64,000 bases of DNA from Lingula anatina (Eukaryota; Animalia; Brachiopoda): contig CM120647.1 of NCBI GenBank assembly GCA_051362555.1, positions 11,136,651-11,200,650 on the forward strand. The letters are read 5' to 3'. The position numbers were made by a program, and so were the translations under genes. Positions 41,484-56,001 of the stretch are shown one piece after another. The notes beneath the pieces are model-generated. The model was not told the DNA's origin. It saw nothing but the letters and a program-made list of their open reading frames with translations, and did not search any database. Numbering within the stretch: the first letter of the stretch is position 1; every line of letters begins with the position of its first letter.

Positions 41484-41485
<2 letters not shown>

Positions 41486-42393
41486 TGCATTTGGACACGT
41501 ACGGACTGCTCGAGACTAGGAGGACAGAAATTTTTGGAAAAAAAATTTTGGAGAAATCTGAGTTTAATGTTAGCCCTTTTTTTCCTTCTTGTCAAGTCTC
41601 CTATTTTTATTTCAATCGGAGTCTAGATGAGTACCACGGGCAGACAACGAACAGTCTGGTAGCTTGCATCGTAGGCCTTCACCATATGCAAACAAAGCAG
41701 ATTTCTCAGCCATTTTTCTCGTTGAATAGTGGTGCATCTTGTGAGATAGTACCGGGCAAACCTCGCTGATTCCTAGGCACTTTCTTGTTGCTCAGTCGGG
41801 TATTGGACATAATAACGGAAGTTTGTCCATAGTCGAGGGTAGGGAAAACGGGTGTGGGGGGGGGGGGGGTATTCCCTATCCTCATGGTCGGGTCAACATG
41901 CTCTGTCAAGACGTCACGCGCTGTCCCTATATAAGACAGATACGCCTCATCTCAAAACATAATTAAAAATTCCTCTTTCACAGGATTCGTGACTGCCACA
42001 TGCAGCTCGATGATGCCTTGTACAATACAATAATTCACGGTTTACATTTCAAGTCTTTCCTGAGGTAGTGATTTCACGCAGCGAGCGCAACAGTTCAATC
42101 CACCAGGGACAATGATATGGCTGACCATTGGCGACATTTAATCTTAAAGTTGAAAATAAATTGAATTAACACTCCTAAATTGCGTTACCTCTCATTGATT
42201 GTACACAAATTACAAACCCTGATTGCAAAGCTAATCGGTTTTGGAGGTTTTATGGGGACCCTATAGCTGGTGAAAGGGTGTTGAAATGGAACGAAAATCA
42301 CGGTAATAGCCAAAAACTCCCTTTAACTGTTTAAATACCTCTGTTAATAGACGTTTTGGCTGGTTTGACGTCTATTTAAGCCACCTAGTTTGA

Positions 42394-42436
<43 letters not shown>

Positions 42437-44756
42437 GATGGCAGTGTTATAGTTTATTTCTGGTCTCGTCGCGGATATTCAAGCAGCATTATTTTAGTAC
42501 AAATATATCGACACTTAAAGCGAAAATAATTGCGTACGTTAATGAATAGGATGAAATGGAATTTCGGGCATATAAAACAAGATCTACCAAAAAGCGTTAA
42601 ACCCAAACGCTAGTTTAATGTAGAATAGACTTTATTGACAGTGTTTTATTTACTGAGACGTCAGAGACGCGTCTCTTGCTACGCATTCAATCGAATGCTT
42701 ATATCCAAATGTCGCTTTTGAATGCTCGCTGTTTAAAAAACGACCGTGTATATTTAAATTAATATTTGTCATATATGACAAAATTGTGATTCATATGAGC
42801 TGTAAACAGCCATTTCCATCAGCTGGGGGTGTGTTTGTTGTGTTAGTTTATAATACGATTCACCAATAGGGTGAGCCACTGAAAAGTGCCAAAGCTTGAA
42901 AGCTTGCCGTCTTATCCCAGTGGATTCCCTGCAGGGAATTTCGAAAAAAGCACTCAAGCGGGTCGGTCATATTTGATCCTCGAACTAGTTAGAGCGATGT
43001 TGTGAATGCAGCAATGCAACCAAAGATACATTGTGTCACAAGTTTAACTTCCTTAGAGTTTCAAAAATAAGAATGTGTCCGTTTAAGAATGTGTCTGTTT
43101 GTTGGATAAGTCGTCGGTGAGACCTGCCCACTGCTACGTTCGGTGTTCTATATCGCATTGAATAGGACCAACTTTGGCCATTTTCTGTGTATGCCATGAA
43201 GATATGCTTGATTTGAGTTATATTTACACTTTTGTACATTGATAACAATTAATGGGTTTGTGACACACTAAACTCCATTCCCAGAATTTTGTAGATCCAG
43301 CACTCAATCTGTACACTAGAGATATGTTTGAATCGATTACCACCCTATAAATAGTATAAAAACAATCTATAAGTAGAAAACAAAAACGTTTTAGAAAGCC
43401 TCACCTCAATATGCAAAATAAAGAGACATATCTGGGTCACGTGGTACTGTGACGACATACAAGCCCGGAGTCTTTGCTTCAGCTGAGCTGTACATACTGT
43501 ATACAGTGAAGTAAGAGAAGGTTATGCTGAATTTGGGTAATTTTCGTTATGCCTCAGTGTGTTGCCGTGGGATGCACTAAAAAGCAGCAAAGGAGCTGAC
43601 ATTCGTTGACAATCTTCTTACTTTTTCTCTGACGGTGTTCTATGACTTTCTTACCAACTTCGGTGGCAATAGATGAGAGTAGAGACTATGGTCGCCTCGA
43701 GTGGTTTAGATCACATCAAAGCCGACAGTGTTCTAAACTGACAATCATCAGTTGACAAGCTTACTAACTGCTGCAATTTAAATGCCTGGCAGTTGCGAAG
43801 AGCTCGTTTACAATTAAACTTGTTAATTACGCACCGCCGCACTCCCCAAGCCAGGTATTGACATGTAACTCATCCTGTCAGATTCTTGGTGGGCTTTATC
43901 ATTTTTTTCGTATTTTTACATACGTTTAATATTGATATTTAAACAAGTGATTTCAAATATGGTCGTAAATATTCATATATTTAAGAGATCGCTCCGCTCT
44001 TAGAGTATCTTGAAGCATGCGCATGCCCAGGCATCACTTCCGAGGAGGAAAACATGGTTTAAGAAAAACTCTAAAAGGAGCAGTAATATAAGAGCAGAAA
44101 TAAAAGATTGGGAATATCCCTAATAAAATGGTTCGTAATCCTAAGTCGCTACAGGAAATAAAGTGTTGAATACTTTGAGAAATAATTTATTTGTTTCTAA
44201 AGGGTATTTCAACCAACAGATTTATAATTTGAAACTCAAGTACTATAGGCAATTTTTTTTTATATTTTCGCAAAACTTTACGCAAAAAACGTCATTCAAA
44301 TGCATTATTTTATACTAGTTCGGATAACCGTAATTAAATGCTAGTTTAATATTTGAATAGACAGGAGCCTGGCCTCACATGGCTCTAGGAGGATAAAAAC
44401 CCCTCGGGTGAGAGAGGTGAATGGGTATTAATTGTTATCAGTAGTTTGGAATGGCTGCTCACTTTGACAGTTTAGCAAACTGGCTCTCTCCTCCGGTTTC
44501 ATGTATGTCGTTACCGGACCACGTGATCACGTAGCTCATTAACTTCCAGACCAAGAGAAAGGGCTTTTTTTTTCAAGCTCAAAATTTACAAAATGGGCTT
44601 CCTATTTGTGTATTTTAATACAGATATCATTAGTTGGGCATATTTCCTGAAGAATATGCCCCGTTAAAGCTATTCTGACGGTCTGTCGCAAACCCATTAA
44701 TAAGGGCAAATAAACCAACTCCCGCATCTATTTCTATTTTTCTATATATTTTGTCT

Positions 44757-46834
44757 TTAAAATTTTGAACCTGAAAATCCACCAGTGGCAACATCAAACA
44801 GTTTCATTTCTTGTGACCTTGACACTGGTGTGGAGTAATCCAATGGAATGTGTTCAAATGCTTTTTCATAGTCATAGACGTCAGTGTCGACATTATACGC
44901 GCGGTTGTCCGCACCTTGTGCCACATATGGCTGCTTGTAAGCGAGTGTACTGGCGCGTGAGGGACTACTCTTCAAATTGCTTCCGCTACGACTGCTAAAC
45001 TTTGGCGATTTTTTAGAACTGTTGGAGTCTCTGAACTTGCAGCGTTTATAGTTAAACGTACCTGGAAGCAATAGAAATGAATGCAGAATAATAAGAATAA
45101 CACGGCAAATGAGTGAGTCATGCCATTTTCATTATGTAACGGCAACTGCATTTTCTAGACCAGATTTTGAAAACTCCTTTTGGTTCGTTTCCATGGGCAT
45201 ATCTCTTCAACTGAAAGAGAGCAAGCGAAATACCGAGTCTCGTTTGGGAAATTGTACTTGTTTGCACACTACTGACACATATCAGTCATAAAAGTCTCTT
45301 TACATGAACTAGATTCGCCTCCTTTACATTAAAGAAACAGTGCATCTTACCGTCATCGGAATCCTGAGATTCCTGTACCCCACTGGACCTCCGTGGCGCC
45401 GTCTTGCGGGGGTCAAATATGTATTTGTATAGGATTCCCGCCACGATCCCCCCGAGGCAAGGTCCCAACCAATAAATCTGCCGAAAAAAGAAATAAATAA
45501 ACGTTGCCAAAACTGGTAGAGCATATTAGAGAAAAAATGTAGAAATGAGGTTGAATTAATAATGCGGTAGGTGAGACAGATCTAGATTGCATTTTGTTTT
45601 CAGTGATAACGGCCAGCATTTATTCAGGTGAGACACGATAAGAGATAGAGGCATATTTTCATTTCACTTTGTGCCATTAATTACGAGCCTTTGAAACAAA
45701 CTGAACTTGACTCACCCAGTGGTTTTCCCAGTAGTTCGTGATGAAAGAAGGACCGAGAGATCTCGCGGGATTTATGCCACAGCCAGTGAACTGAACCTAG
45801 AAGAACATGAGAGACGTTAAATGGATATTATCAAGGAATTATAACAGATTGTTATACCTCTTTGATATTATATATGGAGAGAGAGAGAGAAAGAGAGAGA
45901 GAGAGAATGGGAGAGGGATAGAAAGAGAAATCAGAAGGAGAAAATCGCTTGCTGAGTAAATATTTCTTCAATTATATCATTTCAGACGAACAAACAGCGC
46001 TAGAAGTTACCCATACCGTGGCTAAATGCATCATTGTCACAACAGCTCCCATGGCAACACTGGAGCTGAGAGAGTCACTCCTTGATGACTCCGAGGCTGA
46101 AAACAGAGTGAACACCAGCAGGAATGACGTCACGATCTCCATCCCGAGGCCCTGCTCCAGAGTGAGGCCCGCGGCCAGCTTGGTCACTCCCATGTGCCCG
46201 CGTACGGCAGTCGAGGAGAGCCTTTGGATAGAATGAGATACAAAATGTAGCTTGAAAATAAAACTTCAAGTCGAAAAACTAGATCTACGCAAAACAAGGG
46301 TTCACATGCCATGTTCATAACTATTTTTTGTCTGTGGCTGTATTACAGTAAATACGCATACAGGCTCACAGATTTCACACACGATTTGTTTTTGGTGGAA
46401 AAAGTTAAAACCAAATCTGCATGAATGTCTCCAGTTGGCAATACGTATATACTGTTAGTCATATTATTGCAACAAACATTACTGTCCTAAAATATCCACT
46501 GTTTTCACCATAAATTTATAAACTAATTAAGATAACAATCGGTACATAGCCTATATCGTCTTTTTCGTCAAATGTTTATTGTCGTCATCCTTCATCATGT
46601 AAATTTTAAATTTCCAAAATCCAGACCGTACTAGAGATTTTCCAGAAATAGTGAAAAATGATCCAAGGCAAATATCTGAAACGGAAGGGAGTCGCCATTT
46701 TTGTGCGCCTGCCTCGTGTATTTATACCGAGCAGTTATTTGTGACACCGCTCAATGACAATATAAATGACCACGTGCCTATTGCGCGAAATGTGCAATTC
46801 TATCCCTGGTAATAGTTAGTGGACAGGGGAGGAT

Positions 46835-46887
<53 letters not shown>

Positions 46888-47641
46888 AAGGAGCAGAGAC
46901 AAAAGCAATGATTGCAACGTGTTTATTTAGTTAGTAAGGTTTGGCGCAGTACTATATACTCACAGTTTTCGGTAAATGCCTTTTATTTTAATATCATTGG
47001 CAGCAATAAAATACAACATACCCCTAGGCGGGACAAGCACGTATCAATGATGTCACATAAACAAATATAGGTAATACATAACTCACTATTTAACCTATAA
47101 TAACCCTTATAACATTTTTTAATCGAAAGCGCCGTTTATATAAACACGAATCAGGAAATGATATCTATCATTTTACCCATCATAGTTGAAATTCCAGTTT
47201 CGGGACCAAAATTCCCACTGGCTGGTATTGAGAGTTAATGACACGGCCAGCGTCCAAGTGGACAGTTAGATCGCGCTATCTTAATCAAGGGCGGTATGCT
47301 AATGAGGACGCTCCTTCTGGGTTCACTATCTGATCTCACCTCTTCGAGGCTTATACATGTTATGTTCAAATGCTGTAGTAAAAACAGCGTGGCGCAGATA
47401 TGTATCGCGGTAATAATTATAAGCTTGACGAGAGAGCGGACCTGGAGGCAAGAAATCTTGCGACACCTTTAAGCAGATCTCTCTTCATCTGTGGCAAATT
47501 GAGACATTGACATCTGGTAGTTAGTTCGAAATGAATAAAGAAATGAATAAAAGGACAAACAAACAAATACTTAAATAAAAAATAAAGAGGCAAACTCTCG
47601 ACACGCACCCTCTTTTCATTTCACGTCATACGATTCAAAAA

Positions 47642-47688
<47 letters not shown>

Positions 47689-47842
47689 ATGGATAAATAA
47701 ATAAAGGAGTGGATTGATAAAAAAGACCATTCGAAATAGTGCACATATTTTTTTCAAGCTGATTTCGGGCCACGCTCTCCCTCCTTCGAGTGGCAAGTAC
47801 CAGCAATGTAAAAATAGAAGTGTATTTGCTTTCGTAAGATTT

Positions 47843-47874
<32 letters not shown>

Positions 47875-49186
47875 GTGATCTTAAATCAATTTACACTGCG
47901 TTGGCGTCAGGTGGTTCTTTTATAATCCGCTCTATGCAAGATTAATTTAAAGATGGAAATAATTTAGTTGTTTCTTCAAAATACTTTGTTTTAGATGTTT
48001 TTATCTTGGATAGAGGCCTTATATTCAGTGGACTATTCATCACAGATGAAAACTGCTTGATCATCAAAACTGTCAAAGCAGATGTTGCAGTAAACATCCA
48101 CACTGCGTCATCAACAAATGACTCACTATTTTGGCATCAAATTCAAAGGATGAGACGTCAAACGGATCCTCTAATTTCTGCAGGCGATATCTCGCTCTTT
48201 TATTCTGCCAAAACGTGTTCCGATGACACATTTGAGTGCAGAAATGGCTCGAAAGAGTGAAAAAAAGAATAAAGATGCAACTGGTATGGTGGCTCGTTTG
48301 TATCCTCGTAATTAGAATATGAATAAACAGGGTCAGTGCAGAAATACAGTATAACCGAGCTGCCAGCCTGGTATATGTATATAACCAATGGAAATGTGTG
48401 TTAACAAATATGCTACTGGAACTACACATTAAAAGACCTGTGGGCATCGTTATATAATCCCGTCGTGTCCTTTTTTAATTTTCCTATGTATCTTATCGTA
48501 CATTCGATCAGCTCTTTTACAAAAAAAAACAAATCGAATATCAGTGTTTTCTCTCTCCGTGCGTTTTTATAACACCTTTTACTGTTTCGGTGAATTTTAG
48601 TGACCTGACTAAATTATAAACACAACTGAGTTTATGTAAAAACTTACCCGTATAGTAAAGCCGCGCCAGCTATACTCCCGCCGCACTGCGCTAACACGTA
48701 ACCTATCCCCCGGACAACGGAGATTTTCGACGTAACAACGGTTGCTATAGTGATGGCTGGATTAAGGTGTCCGCCAGAAATATGTCCGAAGCAGACCTGT
48801 AGGGTGGTGTAGGCAAGTCCGAAACAAAACGCCACTCTCACGATATAAAAATCGGCATCGGCATGTGAGGAGTTTGCCGCTAAAGTTTCGTGGGTCCATT
48901 GCGACGTCGCTTCCGTCGTCCCTGCGTCATTGTTAACGTGTCCGCTGGATACGTCTGACGTCGCGTTCTGTGCGTACACGTCCCAGCGTAACGTGGAGGC
49001 ACACCCCAGAAGCACATAGAGCAGTGTAGCTATGCATTCGCTGATAACGGCACGCCAGAACTCGATATTCCCCAGTTCTTTTTTCACCTCGGTAAATTTA
49101 GCGGCCACTTGTGGATGCGGGCGAGGTGTTTTTGGTTGCTTTCCCCCACCCTGTCTGAATTTCGCTGGCAGAAGGACTCCGTCCAT
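44757..49186 (-). CDS. Aquaporin (MIP family), big-brain/AQP4-like; 418 aa, 5 coding exons
   Basis: Exons 49186-48648, 46221-46017, 45796-45716, 45477-45351, 45061-44757 join in frame with GT-AG. Motifs EFWRAVISEC, HISGGHLNPA, TGCGINPARSLGPSF, WENHWIYWLGP. Confidence 0.93.
46836..46883. repeat. (AG)n microsatellite in an aquaporin intron
   Basis: Direct reading. Confidence 0.9.
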
Positions 49187-51212
49187 CTTGACTGGCTAAC
49201 CAGTGAATGCCCTGCTGAACCACGATGTACTATTCTAGTAGGAATAAGGGCGTCGTTCTCAAGAAACCTAAAACGGCCTAGACAGCCTTGTAATTAAGAA
49301 TCTGTCGAATGGACTCTGAACATGAAGATACCGAGTAATTACTTCGTTTAAATCCTCGTCCTCAAACTATTTAATGTATGCAATTAATTTGGTTCAAATC
49401 AAACAAACCATGTACCTGTGGAAAGGGAACAGTTGATCCTGTCAGGAGAATTCGGCGACGCTGTCAAAACATAAAACGACTTACGGGTAGAGATCCTTAT
49501 TCATCTCCCAAAGGAAACTGCTACACTTCGGAAGTTAACTAGTTTTCAACCTTGCTCCAGCACTGACGCTGGTTGACGTGCTCGGACAGCTGTGACCAAC
49601 ACTAATAACACCAGCACACCTTGCAACTTAATTAACTCGGGTAATTAGCCTGAATTAAAACATCACCGAGTTACGCAACGGTAGCATCCACGCAGCGGGG
49701 GTTGTTACTGCAGCACCTAGCACTTTGTATAGCTCTGAATAGACAACGCCGCGTGACTTTATGTATAGGGAACGCTCACCTCCTTTTCCGGGCGTTAATG
49801 ACAGTGATCTATCGGACCGTGGTAAAGATGACAAGGGATGATATGCAGACCATTTCAACCTCGACTCGTAGTCACAATATGAATAAATCACACCGTATAG
49901 TTACGGCAATGCAGATTACTGACGAGATAGCTTAATATAGAATTCACCATCTCAACTCTGGCTACGTGTATTCAAATTTATTGAATAGACATGAAGTCTC
50001 AGTGTTCTTTTATTGTTCATTTAGCGATGTATGACTTCTGTTGTTATGTATACTACACTAGCATACACGTATTGTAAACATTATTATACGTATGTAGTAA
50101 ATATTTCAAAATGTACATACCATGCAAGAATATATATGATAGTGAGCTAGAAAGTATGACTAACCCTGCGTTTAGTGCGAGAGTATTCAACGTGAAGAGG
50201 AAAATGTTGTTAAGGTTATCAATTACGAAAATATATCACACTATTGTTACCTTCAATTTCGAAAGTGAAAAACACTACTGGTATTGTTGTTGGTGAGCTT
50301 TTGTTAAAACGATATTTTTTTTAAGTCAATTTGTAACAGCTAGAAGGGCTTTTGGTAAAGCGTGCATATGTCATTCAACCAGGGCGAGTATGGGCGAGTT
50401 ATGGAATCGAGACGCTTGCGCTCGGTCGCAATGCGGGGCCACGGGGCCCTAGTCGTAGACCGTCTTAGGTGACAACGAATAACATACGTAAGAATCAACT
50501 TAATAAGTGCACTTCCATGCATTTTTCACAAATACTTTAAAAAGAACAAACTTTTAAAAATGTACTTTATATACTTAATTAAAGAAAAAATACCAAAAGA
50601 TCGTATCGCACGCGCGACGTGTGTGTGTGTGTGTGTGTGTTTGCGCGCGCGCGCGAGAGAGAGAGAGAGAGAAAGAGAGAGGTGTAGGTGTCCTGGAGTG
50701 CACTGATGTTGATGCACAAAAATTGTCAAAAAAAGTGCTGATAGTAATCATTAGGAGTTATGTGCACAAAACGTCTGTGACATTTAAAATATATTTATAA
50801 AGCTGATAATTTAGGTGAAAACGTCACACACGACAAAATCAGGTTCGATAAAATATATATATTTGTGGATTTATGCAAAAGGTTTTCAAAAACGAGGAAC
50901 ATGTAGCTGTACGCGTTCAATTGCAATCAAACCATTGATTTCAAACATATTGGCATAACAAGTAGTATAAAAATAATGTAAAGCATAACATAAAGAATAA
51001 AAATAATGTAAAGCATAATATAAAGAATTTTGATAACGATGTACTAGTACACGCATTGCTGCACTACATGGTGTGGTGTCAAGCACTTAGCAGAATGGAT
51101 AATTCAGCTTCATCACAGAAAATAGAAAAGTATTTAGCGGTAAAATCACAAAAATTACTCAGTTCTCCATAACCCAAGTTTAAAAGCTGACAGTTTTTTT
51201 TGTTCCATCGCC

Positions 51213-52382
51213 TCAGCACTCTCTTTGTTTGTTATATTCTTCCATCCGATCCTCCCGCCCATCTTCCCATTCCTGCAATGCATCCTGGGGTAGAATGCAC
51301 CTCATGACCTCTCTCATCAAGTGATCACAGTCTCCAAACACCCTGGAACCGACCTGACCACCGTTGGCGACATCTGGTTCATAACACAAGGCATCCATAG
51401 GCGTGGGCTGCCTGGAAGGGAGTCCACAGAAAAGGACAATAAATTGGCAATCCATTTCTAATTTTCATAAAATCGAGAACAGCAAAGCAACTCTTAATCT
51501 AAATAATGGGTCATTATTTCTTTTTTAAAAACTTCTTTTAAAATTACAAAAGTACATTTTGGCATCTTGCTTGATAAGGATTCCGTACTGAACTCTTCAC
51601 CGTTATATAAGTTTCTTTGAACTATTGGTGGACAGCTTTTCATTGCAGCTGTATCCTTCTTTTCACAAAAAAAAAAAAAAAACTCTGAGTCAAATCAGTG
51701 ACGCGTACATTTTGTGTTATGTTTGCATACATCAGTTTTAAAAATCGCAGTTGATTTCTTTCTGTTTTGTGAGGGAAATAAATACAGCAGCATAATACAG
51801 ATACATGTACAATAATGGAACAAAGTAGAATTATGCATCAGTAACACAAAATGTATGTCTCACTGATCTGACCAAGGGAGTCACTTTTTATCGTGAACGA
51901 CCCATTTTATTATTATTTTTTTTTTTTTAGGCGATACAGGCTATTCACTGTGTCCTCCTCTCTTACCTGTTACAAATCACAAGTCTCACTGGTTTCTTCC
52001 CCATCTCCACCAGACTGTTAGCTGGGGAAACCATCAGCGTGGTCCCCAGACACAGAACTAGGTCATTCTTCTCAGCATGTTCTACAGCTTTGCTGAGGAC
52101 ATGGGATTCCAAGTTGTCTCCAAAGTTGATGATTGTGTTCATCAGGTAACCTTGGCAACCCTGATACGACAAAATAGAGAAAAATTTGACATTCTATGAT
52201 ATTTAAATATGAAATCCACAGCATTCTGGAATATTCTATTTACTGAAAAAATGCGTTTGTGTACATGTATATCTATACCCGACTGCCATATGGTAAAATG
52301 TGTGTCAGCATTTCTGTTTGTCTGTGTGTGTTCGTGTGTATACACGAGGTATAAAATGCTTTCACTAAAATGTATGTGCATG

Positions 52383-52418
<36 letters not shown>

Positions 52419-55400
52419 AGTGTGTATACACATACCTTCCTTTCACACATCCTCCCTGTCCTATGGTTAATTCTACAGTGTTCACATGCCTTGGGAACTC
52501 CGCCCGCCAGGCGAGATGCAGAGGGTCTCTCGTATCTAGTGCCACAATCCTCACATTTCTCATGGAAAGCATTCCCGTGAAGTTCCGAGATTCCATCTCT
52601 TGGAATGCCAGACAGCCTGAATGTAAGACAACTCTTGATCAAATAATAACAATTTATCTACATTTGGAAATATAAAAAAGTGCAAAAAATATGTCCCCAG
52701 ACAACGTCAGGTCTAAGCAGCACTGAGATACATGAATGTAGTGCAAATTTCTAGGAGAAAAATTACTATGAATATTAAAAAGTGTATTTATGAACAACAC
52801 AAGTTTGATAAAATGTTGCCACAGATATACATACACCTCTCATTATATTCCAAATTACCTGTGCAATCCCTCTGTATTTTGACTTATCACATATTTCAGT
52901 ATTCCCATCTTACTACATTCCACATTACCTGTGCAATCCATCAGTATTTTGACTTATCACATATTTCAGTATTCCCATCTTCATCAACTTGACCAGAGCC
53001 TCATGGGTGTAGGTAGGGCGAAGGTCTGAGTACCTGAAACCACCCTTGCTCTTAGCACCTTTCCCTAAAATATATATAAATTAAATATACGTATCCCCAG
53101 TACTGTCAGTGGCATTATACTCCAAACAGGCATCAAACCAGCAATTTCATAAGGGGGTTCTTTTTCTGAAAAGTGAACATTTTGACCTCTTAATTCACCC
53201 ATCATGGTAAGGAATGGCATAAAATCTAGATCAAAACACCGTAATTAGTTTTAATTTTATTTTATGTTTTAAAGAATTGTATTTATTTTAATAACCTACT
53301 GTAGAATCCAACTATGTCTTGTTGAAAATAATTATTATTATAATTATCATAATCATTATTATCAAATTATGATTCAGAGTGAACTTTTTTCCAGTAATTT
53401 TGTGCAGTACTTTCCAACTTTTAAATCCCTGTTACCTACATGTAATAGCAGCCATATGGAAAGATCTACAACATGACATGTTACTGTATGCACTTTAGAG
53501 TAAACACGCCCTTTATGGGAGACACTCCCCCCCCCCCCCAATCCCCTAACTCCACCTATCACAGGGGCGGATTGAGGCCATCTTCAGGGTCTTCTGGAAG
53601 ACGGTCAGATTTTCAAGTTTACATTGACGAGTATCTAATTTTTTTCTGTCGGAAGACGGTCAAAAAGGGAGGATGGATCAACAAAGATAAATTGGAAGAT
53701 TTCTGGATCACACCTGTATCATATATTTTAATGAACGTTGACCTACTTCACATTTGTCAAGGAAAAATAGTTGAGTTAGCTTAAGACTTTGGAAGAACTT
53801 TCCAACAGTTATCCAATTTTTTTTCTGTCCCTTCTTTTTAGTTTTTCTCATACCTGTGACTTTAGCTCGGTCCATTTCTGTCCACTTCCCACTTTTGCCA
53901 CGAAAATCTCCAATACCAGCTGACGTAGAAATACCAGCTCCTAAATTCATAATTATAACTGATAGAAATTAATTTCTTTATAAGTATTGACATACATTGG
54001 GTCTAAGTTTAACAAATCAATGTTAATGTAATGAAGTTTATTTTAATTGTGTTAGGGATGACAAACACAATGTGTAAAATCTATTTTATCATTACTACAA
54101 CTGACATATAGAGTTGTACAGCCACATCCAGACTGTCAATTATACAACTGACACTGTTACTAGCTGGGGTAGTGCTAGCAAATTGTTTTGCTTAGTCAAA
54201 TCACTACTTTTCACTTTTCACTACATGTGCTTTAAATTTGACCAAAACAGCTAAATTGGCAAGTGTTTCCCCAGACTAGAATACAAATGTCAGTTATTCA
54301 GTAGTCTTGACAAAAAATAATTAATTAATTAATTAACACATTTCTCAGTTTATGAAAAAAGAGAGACAATAACAATAAAAACATATATCAAAGGATTACT
54401 TCATATCTTTCATTTGAAGTGTCATGTTTTACCTGTGAAAGCAATACAATGGCTGGACCCTCTCAGCATGTGAGCCACTCTTTTGGCCTCAGACTTCACT
54501 TTCTCTTCAGAGTCAAAATACTCTGCCGTCTTCTTTGCCTCTGTTACCATGGCAACCTCAGTTTGGGTCATGGTGTTTGGTGTGGAGGAGTGGGCCGCGG
54601 CAGCTTTGCTTTGAGTGACCAGGCTTCGCCAGCATTCTTCATGCAGTATGGCATCACCAGCGTCCCCCCACTTCACCAAGGCATCTTTGTCTTTTAATCC
54701 TACAGACCCAAGGGAAAACAACACGAGAATAATAATTATAATGATACTAATAATAATGATAATAATATTAAATGTTGAACCCAATATGAAAAGCCAAAAT
54801 GTATATTATCTTGTGGTACATGTATTTTATAGTTATCTTTGCTTTAACAATTGGTGAAGGATATGGGAGGGGGGGGGGGGGGCAATCACAGGATCAGGAA
54901 AAATAAAACCAAATATTGAATATAACTGTAATAACTGAAAATAATTGGATGTAAAAGAAAAATCTGATCAAGCAGATTTTACCCTTCATGTTTATGGCTT
55001 TAGAGTGATTCCAGGGCCGGCTTTCACGAAACGTTTCGCAGGTTGCGCATTCGCTATGGTTTGCGCAATTGCGCTAATTTTTTTTGCGTAGCTTTCTCGA
55101 AACAATTCGCAATTTTTTTCGCTGTTAGCGCACGACGTCGTGCCCGGAAGTAAATATTGTAATCTCGAAACACTGCTCTTCGGGCCGCGGAGGCAAGAAA
55201 TATAACAACAAATGCTCGTGCTCCGTGAACGTCTGCTCAGCTGACACAATGGAGGATCCGATAGGTTTCCCGAAAAAGCGTAGTCGTTTTTCCGATGAGG
55301 AGATTGATATAATTGTTGACGAGGTGTCTTCTAATCCTGCTCTTTTCTGCCAACTCTCAAATACTGTTACTCAAAAATCGAAGGAGGAGATTTGGAAAAA

Positions 55401-55953
55401 GATAACTCAAAAGTAAGTAGACACTTTCATTTTTCATACTTAAACAAAACCCCTTAATAGTGCCCCCTGCCCCTTTCAGTTAGTAATGGGGGGGGGGGGG
55501 GGGTCATAGCGTTGCACCCTGTGTTGCTTGTGTAATTTCGTAACAGCAAATCCCATACTAGTAATATTAATAATAATAATACAGCTTTAAAAGTTGAAAT
55601 TTTTATTTCTGAAAATATGTGATTTTTTTCATGAAAACCGGTGAAAGTATTAAGAAGTAAATTAAATTAAATTACATAAAATTAAATTAATTACTATGAT
55701 TTATATAGGTTGAATTGTTTTGTTATTTAAATCAGGATCAACAGTGTTTCCTTGCAAGTTAGGAAATTTTCCGAAGTACGGAAAAAATGGTATGACTACA
55801 GTAGTCGTACCAAAAGGAAAGAAGTTGAGAGAAGGAAGCAAGTGAGGAGGACTGGGGGAGGGCCAGAACCTCCCCAGCTGACAGCTAGAGAGCAGAAGGT
55901 AAGTTTATAAAAAATTTATATTCAAATTATTTTTTTAAAGTGTGTCCTGTTTC

Positions 55954-56001
<48 letters not shown>

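Noticed and set aside
29200-44700. Short ORFs in the GPCR-aquaporin interval
   Set aside because: No recognisable motifs or consistent exon chains; several are microsatellite translations.
53566-53714. Extra sirtuin exon after an AG near 53715
   Set aside because: Runs into an in-frame stop; neighbouring exons already join in frame.
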